DNA from: Candidatus Eiseniibacteriota bacterium
GTDB taxonomy: Bacteria; Eisenbacteria; RBG-16-71-46; SZUA-252
Assembly: GCA_031370645.1 (NCBI GenBank)
Contig: JANMQV010000023.1
Coordinates: 1 to 18,089 of the forward strand
Direction of reading: 5' to 3'
DNA length: 18,089 nucleotides
Part shown: positions 17,977 through 18,089 of the stretch, in pieces
Layout: every line of letters begins with the position of its first letter
How positions within the stretch are numbered: position 1 is the first letter of the stretch
The notes under the pieces: model-generated
What the model saw: only the letters and a program-made list of their open reading frames with translations
Databases searched by the model: none
What the model was told of the DNA's origin: nothing
Program-made: the position numbers and the translations under genes

Positions 17977-18089
17977 ATGACGATTCGCCCCGCGCTCGCC
18001 TGGAAGCCGGCCAGGGAGTTCCAAGACATCCGCTTCGAGAAGGCGGAAGGGATCGCGAAGATCACGATCAATCGACCCGAGGTTCGAAA
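17977..18089 (+). CDS. menB: 1,4-dihydroxy-2-naphthoyl-CoA synthase, 5' end (runs off the window)
   Basis: AAGGAG RBS, then ATG 17977: MTIRPALAWKPAREFQDIRFEKAEGIAKITINRPEVR, matching the MenB N-terminal pattern (GIAKITINRPEVRNAF). Follows menH. Confidence 0.88.
   Translation, partial: MTIRPALAWKPAREFQDIRFEKAEGIAKITINRPEVR

Overview
GC-rich bacterial window with two divergent operons. The minus strand (about 13474 to 195) carries a tightly coupled respiratory operon. It encodes alternative complex III (actA-B-C-D-E-F), a membrane-anchored diheme cytochrome c, an A2-type heme-copper oxidase (subunits II and I only, no subunit III), and the maturation genes ctaA, ctaB and ctaG/COX11. It ends in an unannotated 54-aa single-TM ORF. 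The plus strand (from about 13859) starts the classical o-succinylbenzoate menaquinone pathway (menF-menD-menH-menB, with menB truncated). The divergent intergenic region has a sigma70-like promoter for each operon and a Rex/CRP-like palindrome on the -10 of the act promoter. The window begins with the 3' end of a convergent class I fructose-bisphosphate aldolase. No RNA genes, mobile elements or CRISPR arrays were seen. All gene families are known, so the novelty lies in the architecture: no Cox3 or Sco, a tethered diheme cytochrome, an ActB retaining the FS0 Cys motif, a CtaA with only the C-terminal Cys pair, and quinone synthesis back-to-back with its oxidase chain.
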